A DNA stretch of 35,416 nt from a virus. A program made the position numbers and the translations under genes. The DNA is taken from positions 1 through 35,416 of the IMG/VR virus record IMGVR_UViG_3300045988_114486. One strand, written 5' to 3'. Positions 1-7,741 of this stretch are shown in pieces; within the stretch, counting starts at the first letter, position 1, and each line of letters begins with the position of its first letter. The notes beneath the pieces were generated by a model. It made no database searches, was not told the origin of the DNA, and worked only from the letters and a program-made list of their open reading frames with translations.

Positions 1-400
1 GCGTTTCACCCCTGTTCTTTCCCATTAATGATGGCTGAAACACATCTACATACATCTTTTCCAAAGTTGTCAATGAAAGATTACGAATCGACTGTACATA
101 CTTAAAATTTGGATTCACAATCCCATTCTTGTATTTTAACTTCAATTCATACGCCTCATTATATTCAATGGCACCCACACCAATTACTTGAACACACATA
201 AATAATTTCGAAGCTTTATTCAACCCCATGATTTTTCCATTACGAATCCAACCACAAAAATACACTGGAATATTTTGGAAAGAGTATCCCGAAATATGGT
301 CAATCGTAATCACAGGAAGATTCTTTTTTTTACCTAAACACTGCGCATATTCTTTTGTCGAGCCATGCTTAGAACAATAAATGACCGCTCTAGGCTTCAT
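1..400 (-). CDS. flavodoxin-like protein, C-terminal part cut by window edge (host flank)
   Basis: Absent from the ORF track because it runs off the window. Reverse complement from ATG (398-400) reads MKPRAVIYCSKHGSTKEYAQCLGKK..., a flavodoxin-type N-terminal FMN-loop pattern. GAGGTGA SD at 405-411. Confidence 0.6.
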   Translation of the reverse strand, partial: MKPRAVIYCSKHGSTKEYAQCLGKKKNLPVITIDHISGYSFQNIPVYFCGWIRNGKIMGLNKASKLFMCVQVIGVGAIEYNEAYELKLKYKNGIVNPNFKYVQSIRNLSLTTLEKMYVDVFQPSLMGKNRGET

Positions 401-472
401 AATATCACCTCATTCACTATTATGATATGCACACTACCTTAGATTGTCAAGTACTGTGCTATATATTTAGTA

Positions 473-497
473 AAAGCCCCTTTAAACAAGGGGCTTT
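473..497. terminator. GC-rich hairpin AAAGCCCCT-N7-AGGGGCTTT with short T runs on both strands
   Basis: Perfect 9-bp stem read directly. It lies upstream of the flavodoxin-like gene and may insulate it from rightward-origin transcription. Confidence 0.5.
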
Positions 498-712
498 ATG
501 TTAGTTCGTAAATTTTTCGTAGAAAGATAATACGTTTATAACATTAATTTGTGCTTTAAATATAGGTGCAGAATTCATGAGAATAAATGATATTTAATAG
601 AATCCATTCCTTTTAAGATGCAATCAAGATATAAACGATATCTTAATTTTTGAAGAGTTTCCCAAAGTCGGTATTTAATCCAAAAAAAGCAAAAGAAAAG
701 TATCGCCTATGC

Positions 713-741
713 TTGCGTATATGCTAGCATTATGCTATAAT
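713..741 (+). promoter_or_regulatory. sigma-A type promoter TTGCGT-17-TGcTATAAT (extended -10)
   Basis: -35 at 713-718 and TGcTATAAT at 733-741. A-tracts at 679-700 resemble an UP element. AGGAGG SD follows at 751-756. Confidence 0.6.
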
Positions 742-763
742 ATATATGTAAGGAGGAAAGGTT

Positions 764-874
764 ATGAATAAGAAATTTAAAAAATCCAAAATCGATTGGA
801 CGTCTCTAATCATACAATCAATCTTGGACTTAGCAGTTGGGTTAATCTTATTGATTATCGAGAAGCTTACATAG
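764..874 (+). CDS. 36-aa small membrane peptide (basic N-terminus plus one TM helix)
   Basis: Below the ORF-track cutoff. ATG at 764 sits 7 nt after AGGAGG. Product: MNKKFKKSKIDWTSLIIQSILDLAVGLILLIIEKLT, stop TAG at 872-874. Confidence 0.45.
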   Translation: MNKKFKKSKIDWTSLIIQSILDLAVGLILLIIEKLT

Positions 875-1001
875 CTTCTCCCCTAACTCATTATAACTTA
901 TTCATCGTATATTATGCTAGTAAAATTAGGAATATTTTTTATCGCAATTGGAATTGCAAAATTCATTTATGCAATGTATCTAAAACACAAAGGAGAATAA
1001 C

Positions 1002-1568
1002 ATGAGACCACAAGACAAGTACAACAAAGAAAAAATGACAATTATTTCTGCTAGATTCAAAAATGATTTTGCCGAAGAATTTAAACAAGCTTGTAAAACA
1101 TTAGGCATCAGTCAAGCAGATGTAATCAGAGATGCTATGAATCAAACAATTGAAAAAGCGAAAGCTATGGAGGAATCAACAATGTTTAGTATTGACAAAA
1201 TGTATCAAGACGAAGCATATTTCAATCAATTTATTCAAGAATTAAAAGACTATGACGATTTTGGAAAATTCAAAGGATATTTTGGAAGACCTTCAGACGT
1301 TGAAGACAGAATCTGCGAATTAAATACATCGTGCGAAATTTATACTGAAGTTAATGGATCATACGAATGTACAAGTAATGATAAAGAAATTCATGATGAA
1401 TTCGGTTCTGACGACAATCATAAGATTAATGGATATATTGCCATCGAAGTTGGATATGGAAAACACGTTAAAATGTATGGCGAGTACTTCTGCGAAGACT
1501 GGGATGAAGATGAAGAAGCATACATGAATTGCTCATTTGGTGGATATTACGGTATCGATTTAGATTAA
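1002..1568 (+). CDS. ribbon-helix-helix (CopG/Arc-like) N-terminal domain fused to an unrecognised, very acidic Cys-containing C-terminal domain
   Basis: AGGAGA SD precedes the start. ISARFKNDFAEEFKQACKTLGISQADVIRDAMNQTIEKA fits a beta-alpha-alpha RHH pattern. The C-terminal ~130 aa are rich in D/E/Y/G. Confidence 0.55.
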   Translation: MRPQDKYNKEKMTIISARFKNDFAEEFKQACKTLGISQADVIRDAMNQTIEKAKAMEESTMFSIDKMYQDEAYFNQFIQELKDYDDFGKFKGYFGRPSDVEDRICELNTSCEIYTEVNGSYECTSNDKEIHDEFGSDDNHKINGYIAIEVGYGKHVKMYGEYFCEDWDEDEEAYMNCSFGGYYGIDLD

Positions 1569-1595
1569 GGCCTATTGAATAGGTCTTTTTCTTTT
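1568..1595 (+). terminator. intrinsic terminator after the RHH gene
   Basis: AGGCCTAT-tga-ATAGGTCT stem (one G-U on the plus strand) followed by TTTTTCTTTT. Confidence 0.7.
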
Positions 1596-1637
1596 ATCAG
1601 AATCTATCACCGATTGTCAAGGGCTTATGCGAAGCAT

Positions 1638-1659
1638 GTATGCTACGAGCATACTTTTT
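1638..1659 (+). terminator. second tandem intrinsic terminator
   Basis: GTATGCT-acg-AGCATAC followed by TTTTT. Confidence 0.5.
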
Positions 1660-1964
1660 GAGCATAAAAAAAGACCACCTTTCAAGTACTTCTAGAATGC
1701 ACTCTATTCAGTGGTAAGAAAATAATATTTCTTTGTAGTCGACTTGCATAAAAATAATATCAATCAGTCACGCTTGGTATGACTATAGATCAATACTAAT
1801 AAACCTATATGCCTAACTTAGATTTGTACATCAAGCAAGCTAGCATGGTTCACTTGGAATTTCTCATGCTCGGCCTAAGACGATTATAGCATAAACCGTA
1901 TAAAGTTCATACGATTTAAGTAACTCCTTCTACACTAGTAGACGAGCTATGAAAATAATAGCAT

Positions 1965-1996
1965 AAAAAAAGAGCCTATGAACTTAATCATAGGCT
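1965..1996 (-). terminator. intrinsic terminator downstream of the endolysin (end of late operon)
   Basis: AGCCTATGA-N6-TCATAGGCT stem. On the minus strand it is followed by a T7 run (A-run 1965-1971 on plus). Confidence 0.7.
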
Positions 1997-2014
1997 AAGT
2001 ATACGAAAAATAGT

Positions 2015-2045
2015 TGAAGGATTTGTGTCATTTTTTAAATTATGA
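2015..2045 (+). terminator. plus-strand terminator facing the prophage end
   Basis: GTGTCAT-N10-ATGACAC stem followed by T7. It is convergent with the 1965-1996 terminator. Confidence 0.55.
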
Positions 2046-2121
2046 CACTTTTTTTGATATTTAATTGTAATTTTTGCGCATTTTGTACAATTTTGACACT
2101 TATATGTGTTATTTTTACGCT

Positions 2122-3216
2122 TTATGCAATTTCTGTTAATGGTGTTGGGTCAACCCAAATGCCGCCAATTTTAACAATATTCTTTTGAACATTAACCGCA
2201 TCAACTCTGATTCTAGTTACATAGACAACTGCATTTGTAGTATGCAACACATTGTCATTATATCCATCTGAGTTTGGCACTTTGTCTACCATACGAATTG
2301 GAAACCAACCGCCTAATTGTGATAGGTATGCACATAAATCATCGCCGATTTTCTTCAAACCTTGATTGCCGATTTTCATGTGCACAGATGTAACATAGCT
2401 TCCTTCGTGCAAGATTTGGTCGATAGCTTCACTACTTGATTGCGTCGTTCCTACTGGTGTATGAGGGTCTGTATCGATACCTGTATCATTTGTCCATCCA
2501 ATAGCTACTCCATTTCTATCAACACGATATGGATATTTAGCACCTTTAATTACTCTACCGATTGAACCGCTCCAATCCCCTTTTAAGATTTTAGAAGTTC
2601 CGTAGCAGTTAACGCTTAATGTATTTGTGCAGATAGGTGTACCGACTGAATACTTTTCACCACTTGGAGCGCTTGGAGCACTTGGTTGCGTTGGTGTCAC
2701 TGTTTGACCGTCTAATCTAGCATTTACTTCTTGTGCTAATTGATTCATCTTAGAATGTAAATAAGGACCAGGACAAGATGTTGCTGCGAACATTCTATGT
2801 TCTGTCAAACTACCAGTTGAATCACCAGTATAATTCAATCTGAATCCATATCGTTTACATACATCCACACATAGATTTACTAATGCATTCCAAGCTTTTG
2901 GTGAGATTGTCCACGTATCTGTATTATCATTAGCAATTTCAATTGTAATTGATTGGCAATCGTTGTAATAGTTCGAACTTGTCCATGCTCTGTTTTCTTC
3001 GTCTACATTCGAAACAATCGTACCGTCTGAACCAATGCAATAGTTTGCACTAGCCATTCTTCCGCTTACTTGGAATGATTGAGCGCATCTTTCGGCACTC
3101 CACTGACACGCCATGTGGTGTGGTGTAATTTTACATACTTTATAGCCACCACGTCCTCGCATATAGTTATCTGCACTAGCAGGAATATATTTATTTGTTA
3201 AGCTTGAATATGACAT
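2122..3216 (-). CDS. endolysin: N-acetylmuramoyl-L-alanine amidase (Amidase_2/PGRP type) with C-terminal SH3-like wall-binding region
   Basis: ITPHHMA..., IGSDG...EENRAWTS..., ITIEIAN, TEHRMF..TSCPGP motifs. It is the last gene after the holin. Confidence 0.85.
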   Translation of the reverse strand: MSYSSLTNKYIPASADNYMRGRGGYKVCKITPHHMACQWSAERCAQSFQVSGRMASANYCIGSDGTIVSNVDEENRAWTSSNYYNDCQSITIEIANDNTDTWTISPKAWNALVNLCVDVCKRYGFRLNYTGDSTGSLTEHRMFAATSCPGPYLHSKMNQLAQEVNARLDGQTVTPTQPSAPSAPSGEKYSVGTPICTNTLSVNCYGTSKILKGDWSGSIGRVIKGAKYPYRVDRNGVAIGWTNDTGIDTDPHTPVGTTQSSSEAIDQILHEGSYVTSVHMKIGNQGLKKIGDDLCAYLSQLGGWFPIRMVDKVPNSDGYNDNVLHTTNAVVYVTRIRVDAVNVQKNIVKIGGIWVDPTPLTEIA

Positions 3217-3302
3217 TCTTCTTCACCTTCTTCTTTTCCATTTGATAACTCTGATTGAGCTTCTTCTGATAAATCTTCAAATTTTACTTCTTTTTCTTCC
3301 AT
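3198..3302 (-). CDS. 34-aa hyper-acidic micro-ORF overlapping the endolysin start
   Basis: GGAGGT SD precedes ATG at 3302. Product: MEEKEVKFEDLSEEAQSELSNGKEEGEEECHIQA. Below the ORF-track cutoff and only positional support. Confidence 0.3.
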   Translation of the reverse strand: MEEKEVKFEDLSEEAQSELSNGKEEGEEECHIQA

Positions 3303-3314
3303 GAATTATACCTC

Positions 3315-3710
3315 CTAATTTTTTTCGACCAAGAAATCTTGGATTTCATTTCTAGTTTCGACTAACTTTTCCTTATCGGAATCTGACAATAAACCATTCA
3401 AGATTGCAATGTTTGCCTTAAGTAGCAAATTACTTCTTTCTTTATCTTCATCAAGACGATTATCATGTTCAGATAAAATGCGAGTATGTTCATTTAGCTT
3501 TTTATTGATTCCTTCTTGATTCAACGTAATCTTTTCCAATGAGTTCAATCGCTCATTATCTTTGTGAAGCAATTCATCGTGTCTTTGAACTTTAGCTTTT
3601 AAATCGTCACTCGGCTTTTTCAATTCTTTAATAATCTTCACAACTCCCCAAACGGATGCTATGAAGCCACAAATCCATACAATCTGCTGGCTTGTAATCG
3701 TAAAATTCAT
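3315..3710 (-). CDS. N-terminally membrane-anchored coiled-coil protein in the lysis cassette (lysis accessory?)
   Basis: Start moved to ATG 3710 (GGTGG SD). TM segment IVWICGFIASVWGVVKII is followed by a heptad-rich K/E/L/N region. It sits between holin and lysin. Confidence 0.5.
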   Translation of the reverse strand: MNFTITSQQIVWICGFIASVWGVVKIIKELKKPSDDLKAKVQRHDELLHKDNERLNSLEKITLNQEGINKKLNEHTRILSEHDNRLDEDKERSNLLLKANIAILNGLLSDSDKEKLVETRNEIQDFLVEKN

Positions 3711-3724
3711 ACAAACCACCTACT

Positions 3725-3991
3725 TTATTTTTCTTCAGTAGCGCCTTCAACAAACCTTGTGAAAGCTTGGTGCATACCTGTACTAGCTAATCCCATCAAT
3801 GCACCATAAACCGCATTTTCAATTGTTAAACCACTGACTGCTAGGTTTAACACTAATCCAACGAATGCTAATACTGTAGGAATGTACTTGTTTGGGAATG
3901 ATTCAAACGAAGTTTTTAAAATGTAGCCTACAATCAAGCATGCTACCACTACCACCAAAACAAAATATTTACTTAAATCTACAAAATCCAT
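3725..3991 (-). CDS. holin, Listeria phage A118 Hol118-like family
   Basis: Three hydrophobic segments. KYIPTVLAFVGLVLNLAV and GALMGLASTGMHQAFT resemble Hol118 KWLPTVSILIGAILGAL and GALAGAGGTGLFEQFT (from memory). Charged C-terminus. Confidence 0.75.
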   Translation of the reverse strand: MDFVDLSKYFVLVVVVACLIVGYILKTSFESFPNKYIPTVLAFVGLVLNLAVSGLTIENAVYGALMGLASTGMHQAFTRFVEGATEEK

Positions 3992-4012
3992 TTTTTATTC
4001 CTCCTATGTCAT

Positions 4013-4040
4013 ATATAAAAAGGCTAGATATTCTAGCCTT
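4013..4040 (-). terminator. hairpin between tail-fibre genes and lysis cassette
   Basis: AAGGCTAGA-tat-TCTAGCCTT 9-bp stem. On the minus strand it is followed by a U-rich TTTTATATAT tail. Confidence 0.5.
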
Positions 4041-4041
4041 C

Positions 4042-4167
4042 TTAATAATTTTCACCAGTGATTTTTTTATACTGATCAGTCGTAATGATTCCTTTTTCAC
4101 AGAATTTTCTTACCTGTTTATCAGTATATAATTTCAAATTATAAAATCTTTTAATTTTTTCAAACAT
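4042..4167 (-). CDS. xkdX: XkdX-family small phage protein (41 aa)
   Basis: Below the track cutoff. MFEKIKRFYNLKLYTDKQVRKFCEKGIITTDQYKKITGENY matches the XkdX pattern (...ITxEEYxxITGE.Y) and its usual position before the holin. Confidence 0.75.
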   Translation of the reverse strand: MFEKIKRFYNLKLYTDKQVRKFCEKGIITTDQYKKITGENY

Positions 4168-4170
4168 AGA

Positions 4171-4521
4171 TTAAGCCTCGCTTTCTTCTAGAAGCGTATC
4201 CGTCATCAGGGCCGTATACATGACCTGTGCTTCAATCTTATCCTGCGCTGTTGCTTGTTGTTCTGGATCAACAACTTTAGGCTTATCTTCTTCTGCAACC
4301 TCAATCACTTTACCTTCTACAAATTTATAATTGTATCGACCTTTTTCATCAACTAATTCTTTTTCCAGGTATTGACTTTGTGCGTGTGCGTATTTATCGC
4401 CTTGCCCTCGGTCAATCTCTGTCATTGTCTGAATTTCTTCTTGTGATAAAAAGATTTCTGAATTAATAGATGTGATGTATCCATCTGATAAGGATACGTA
4501 TACTTTATATTCGTTCTCCAT
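4171..4521 (-). CDS. hypothetical phage protein (XkdW-position, tail-fibre associated)
   Basis: Intact ORF with SD, between the fibre gene and XkdX. No family recognised. Confidence 0.6.
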   Translation of the reverse strand: MENEYKVYVSLSDGYITSINSEIFLSQEEIQTMTEIDRGQGDKYAHAQSQYLEKELVDEKGRYNYKFVEGKVIEVAEEDKPKVVDPEQQATAQDKIEAQVMYTALMTDTLLEESEA

Positions 4522-4530
4522 AGCTTCCTC

Positions 4531-5412
4531 CTAATAGATTTCTGCGTCTGCCTTTATTGTTAAATCTAATTCGTATGTGCCACTTGTTGGTGTCCTTACG
4601 TATAGATAGTAACCACCATCATTGCTACCTTTTAACGTCAGTGTAGATACTGTGACATTTTTTGAATATGTTGCGTTTGTGCTAAATGTTGGAGACGTTC
4701 TAAAATGTCTATACAAAACTAAATCTTCATTTAAACTACCGTTTGAGTTACATACACCATAGAAATGAAGCGACGAGAAATCGTAATATCTTTTACACTT
4801 CACTAATTCCTCTGCCGGATTAGGTGCAATAAATGATGTTGCTACTGTACCTTGTTCTACTTTTGCATATTTCAAAGTCAGTGTTCCACTATTAACACGA
4901 ATAACTAACCTTTTTATGCCTCTACTAAATGTGAATGTATTTAATCCGTTCTTCAAAGTCCCAATTTCTGTAGTTGAAGAACCATCATATGGACCTACAG
5001 ATACTGTAGCAGTTCCACTTACGCCAACTACATAAACTTGAATTGTGATATTTCCTTCAACCGGAGTTTCTAACTGTTGAATTAAAGCTCCATCACTGTA
5101 AGTTGTTGGCGTGATAGTTACTGAATTATCTGAGTTAACTGTCAAACTATGCCCATACAAATACCATCTATCAACTGAATATACATTTTTTATTGTATGA
5201 GCAACTTCACTTGTGTAGCTAGTTTCACCTCTTTGATTGATTTTAAAATCCGGATTAATCAATAAATTCGGATTACTGAATTTAGTTCCTAGATAGCTTG
5301 CCAATTGCGACAATAAACCTTTTTTCAATCCTGTGCCATTATGCACAGGTAGTAAGCTATCGTCTGTAAAGCTAGGCAATGCGTCTAATTCTGTTACTTG
5401 CTTCCCTGGCAT
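4531..5412 (-). CDS. putative distal tail fibre / receptor-binding protein
   Basis: The N-terminal ...NLLINPDFKINQRG... motif is common in Firmicute phage fibre proteins. Beta-rich C-terminus. Last large gene of the tail cluster. Confidence 0.4.
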   Translation of the reverse strand: MPGKQVTELDALPSFTDDSLLPVHNGTGLKKGLLSQLASYLGTKFSNPNLLINPDFKINQRGETSYTSEVAHTIKNVYSVDRWYLYGHSLTVNSDNSVTITPTTYSDGALIQQLETPVEGNITIQVYVVGVSGTATVSVGPYDGSSTTEIGTLKNGLNTFTFSRGIKRLVIRVNSGTLTLKYAKVEQGTVATSFIAPNPAEELVKCKRYYDFSSLHFYGVCNSNGSLNEDLVLYRHFRTSPTFSTNATYSKNVTVSTLTLKGSNDGGYYLYVRTPTSGTYELDLTIKADAEIY

Positions 5413-5415
5413 TCT

Positions 5416-5661
5416 CTATTCCTCCTTGACTTTATATGTCCAATCCGTGCCGACTACTCCACTTGCTACTTCATAAGACCAATCGGCTAAGATTGTATTT
5501 CCTTTTTCATCTACTAAATCTTGAGCGCTTGTTGCGCTCAAATTTGTAGTAAAGTGATTGTTCATCACCATTTGATTCAATGCGTTATGTGATGTAGTTA
5601 CATGCTTTATTCTATCGACAAGCCACTGAATAGAAGCTTTGTCTTTGAATAGGAAAGCCAT
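5416..5661 (-). CDS. 81-aa phage protein, paralogue of the C-terminal module of the 6872..7729 product
   Basis: NHFTTNL...GNTILADWSYEVASGVVGTDWTYKVKEE versus NHFKTELL...ENAVLADWAYVVDSGNVGEEWTYKVKK. Confidence 0.6.
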   Translation of the reverse strand: MAFLFKDKASIQWLVDRIKHVTTSHNALNQMVMNNHFTTNLSATSAQDLVDEKGNTILADWSYEVASGVVGTDWTYKVKEE

Positions 5662-5664
5662 ATA

Positions 5665-6273
5665 CTAACCCCACATTGTGCTTAAATCGTTTGTGCTAAT
5701 TGCAGTTAATCCTGAACTCTTAACATATCCTGATAAATCAATATCTGTATTACCAATCTTTTCAAACGTTTTAGTGTCTGCAATCCAAATATACTCATCA
5801 TAAATATCTTGCGTTCCATGCGAATGTGCAACTAAATAGATAACGCTATTTGAGCCTGTAACAGGTAATGAACTTACCTTTTCATACTTAATAGATGCGA
5901 TGTTTCCTACTGCCGAATTAATTAACGATTGTACTTGTGATTGCGTTTGATATCCTTTTCCTGCAATCGTTGAATTAACCTGTGTAGCATTTTGAAAGCC
6001 GCTGTCATTTGTTAATTGTGATACCTTTGTTGGCACTGAAATATCTACGGCTTTTGAGCTTGGTTCAACCTTTGTACCGTTAACCTTTACAGACTCAATC
6101 ACATTCGCTTGAGCACCACTTGCGATACCACTTAATTTGCTTTTTTCTTCGCTTGTATAGTCATTTGTCGATAAGCCTTTGCCGCTTTCCACATCAACTT
6201 TTCCACCTAATGCAGTTTTAATTTTGCTGATTAATAGAGTTAATCCACTCTTATCTAAATATTCAATAGTCAT
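5665..6273 (-). CDS. tail fibre protein (GKGLSTNDYT / EKxKLxGI repeat type)
   Basis: GKGLSTNDYTSEEKSKLSGIASGAQAN is a motif typical of Firmicute phage fibre proteins. Confidence 0.5.
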   Translation of the reverse strand: MTIEYLDKSGLTLLISKIKTALGGKVDVESGKGLSTNDYTSEEKSKLSGIASGAQANVIESVKVNGTKVEPSSKAVDISVPTKVSQLTNDSGFQNATQVNSTIAGKGYQTQSQVQSLINSAVGNIASIKYEKVSSLPVTGSNSVIYLVAHSHGTQDIYDEYIWIADTKTFEKIGNTDIDLSGYVKSSGLTAISTNDLSTMWG

Positions 6274-6285
6274 TCTTTTTCCTCC

Positions 6286-6579
6286 TTATAAACTATTCCA
6301 TATTTCATCTAATTCATTTGTTGATACCGAAGTTACAGAACCTTCTGCCATAGCTCCAATATCTTCCGGTGTATATACAGGTCTTGTCTCTGTTTTCGCC
6401 CATGCTGGAACTGTTGGGTCTATTTCTTCAACTTCTCCAATGATTTCATTACCATTTAATTTAGGCTTGTTCCTAAGTTTTTCATAATCCGTTGTTCCTA
6501 CATATTGTTCATTTAAACCGAACTGAATATGATCTGATTCGTCATTAACGTCGATTTCTATACTGTTTACCAGAATCAT
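6286..6579 (-). CDS. small tail-fibre-cluster protein
   Basis: DYEKLRNKPKLNGNEIIG and PTVPAWAK...RPVYTPEDIGA are fibre-type repeat motifs. Confidence 0.45.
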   Translation of the reverse strand: MILVNSIEIDVNDESDHIQFGLNEQYVGTTDYEKLRNKPKLNGNEIIGEVEEIDPTVPAWAKTETRPVYTPEDIGAMAEGSVTSVSTNELDEIWNSL

Positions 6580-6875
6580 GTGATCACTTCCTTGTTTAAC
6601 ACACTATACACATTAACTGTTTTTATCGGCGAAGCCATCGCTATGCCGTCATATGTAATCATTCGTAGTTGGATATTGCAATTTCCACTTTTAAAGCTTA
6701 GCGTTTCTTCCTGCGTTAAAAAAATTGAAATAACATTGTTTTCGATTTTTAAATCTGTCATTCCTTTTTTCAATAAATATCCATTTTGCTCAAATACCAC
6801 ATAGATATGTTCCATATCTGCTAAATCAATATTATTGACCGTGATTTGAATTGTTGGCGTAGTTCCTTGTCTCAT
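6576..6875 (-). CDS. hypothetical tail/baseplate protein (beta-sandwich-like)
   Basis: Start moved to ATG 6875 (AAGGTG SD), in an ATGA overlap with the upstream stop. Confidence 0.55.
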   Translation of the reverse strand: MRQGTTPTIQITVNNIDLADMEHIYVVFEQNGYLLKKGMTDLKIENNVISIFLTQEETLSFKSGNCNIQLRMITYDGIAMASPIKTVNVYSVLNKEVIT

Positions 6876-7729
6876 TTTTTCACCTTGTACGTCCATTCCT
6901 CGCCTACATTTCCGGAGTCAACTACATATGCCCAATCCGCTAGGACTGCATTTTCGTTCTCGTCGATCAGACCATTTTCTGAATCTGATAATAATTCAGT
7001 TTTAAAATGATTTGTCAGAATCATTTCCATTATTTTCTGATCAGCTTCACGGATTGAAGCTCCTAATGTTTTCTTTACATTTCCTTCGAAATCAATTCTT
7101 GCATCAACTATCTCCGCATTGGCATTCAATGAGCTTTCCGTTGAAGATATAATTGCATCAATGCGTGTGGTTAATTCGTTCGCTTTTTTTAATAGAGCAA
7201 GATATTGTCCACGCACTGCATTTCCAGCATTACTATATGTAACACCATTACCACCTACACGAATATCAATTAACTCGTTCAGGTTTGTCTGATTGCCATT
7301 AGTGATTGTCAATAAATCCAATCTATGCATAATGGTGTCATATTTCTGTTCGATATAAGCATCAACCAATTGTTGCCAACCGTATTCACTTGGATCTACT
7401 TCAGTTGTTCCGTTTGGCGCTCTCTTCACGATAAAAGCTAATTCATTTGTCACTAGCTGCTTATTACCACGAATCAAATGGACTGCTAGTTCAATTAATC
7501 CGTTTTCCTCAAAAGGCTTTCCTGGAATATAAAAACCATCTTTGTCAGATGGCAATAGTTCTTCATGTAATTTTCCATGATTTAAATATCGAATATGAAT
7601 TTGTGGTGTATAGTCATCATATTTGCTTCCATCACTTTTCAATATAACAGGAACATTAACAGACCCTTCGCATGTTTCTAGACCTTTAATTGCCACAAGT
7701 TGTAAACCACTTCTTAATAATTCCATCAA
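6872..7729 (-). CDS. BppU-like baseplate / tail fibre protein
   Basis: ELIDIRVGGNGVTYSNAGNAVRGQ resembles the evvdAR.g.dG..y..l motif of phage fibre/baseplate proteins. It follows Tal and the CHAP lysin. Confidence 0.45.
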   Translation of the reverse strand: MMELLRSGLQLVAIKGLETCEGSVNVPVILKSDGSKYDDYTPQIHIRYLNHGKLHEELLPSDKDGFYIPGKPFEENGLIELAVHLIRGNKQLVTNELAFIVKRAPNGTTEVDPSEYGWQQLVDAYIEQKYDTIMHRLDLLTITNGNQTNLNELIDIRVGGNGVTYSNAGNAVRGQYLALLKKANELTTRIDAIISSTESSLNANAEIVDARIDFEGNVKKTLGASIREADQKIMEMILTNHFKTELLSDSENGLIDENENAVLADWAYVVDSGNVGEEWTYKVKK

Positions 7730-7741
7730 ATCAACTCCTTC

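Noticed and set aside
914-1000. 28-codon hydrophobic ORF (MLVKLGIFFIAIGIAKFIYAMYLKHKGE) as a separate gene feature
   Set aside because: There is no SD within 15 nt of the ATG. It is kept only as a remark inside the 713-1568 finding.
796-1005. 69-aa plus-strand ORF from the track
   Set aside because: It has a TTG start and no SD. It overlaps the better-supported SD-driven 36-aa ORF in another frame and runs into the RHH gene's SD. The composition looks like out-of-frame AT-rich read-through.
4531-7729. Invertible or shufflon-type tail-fibre switching, or a DGR, suggested by the repeated C-terminal module and the extra recombinase
   Set aside because: The two module copies are in direct orientation and well diverged at the DNA level. 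I saw no flanking inverted crossover sites, no reverse transcriptase and no template/variable repeat pair.
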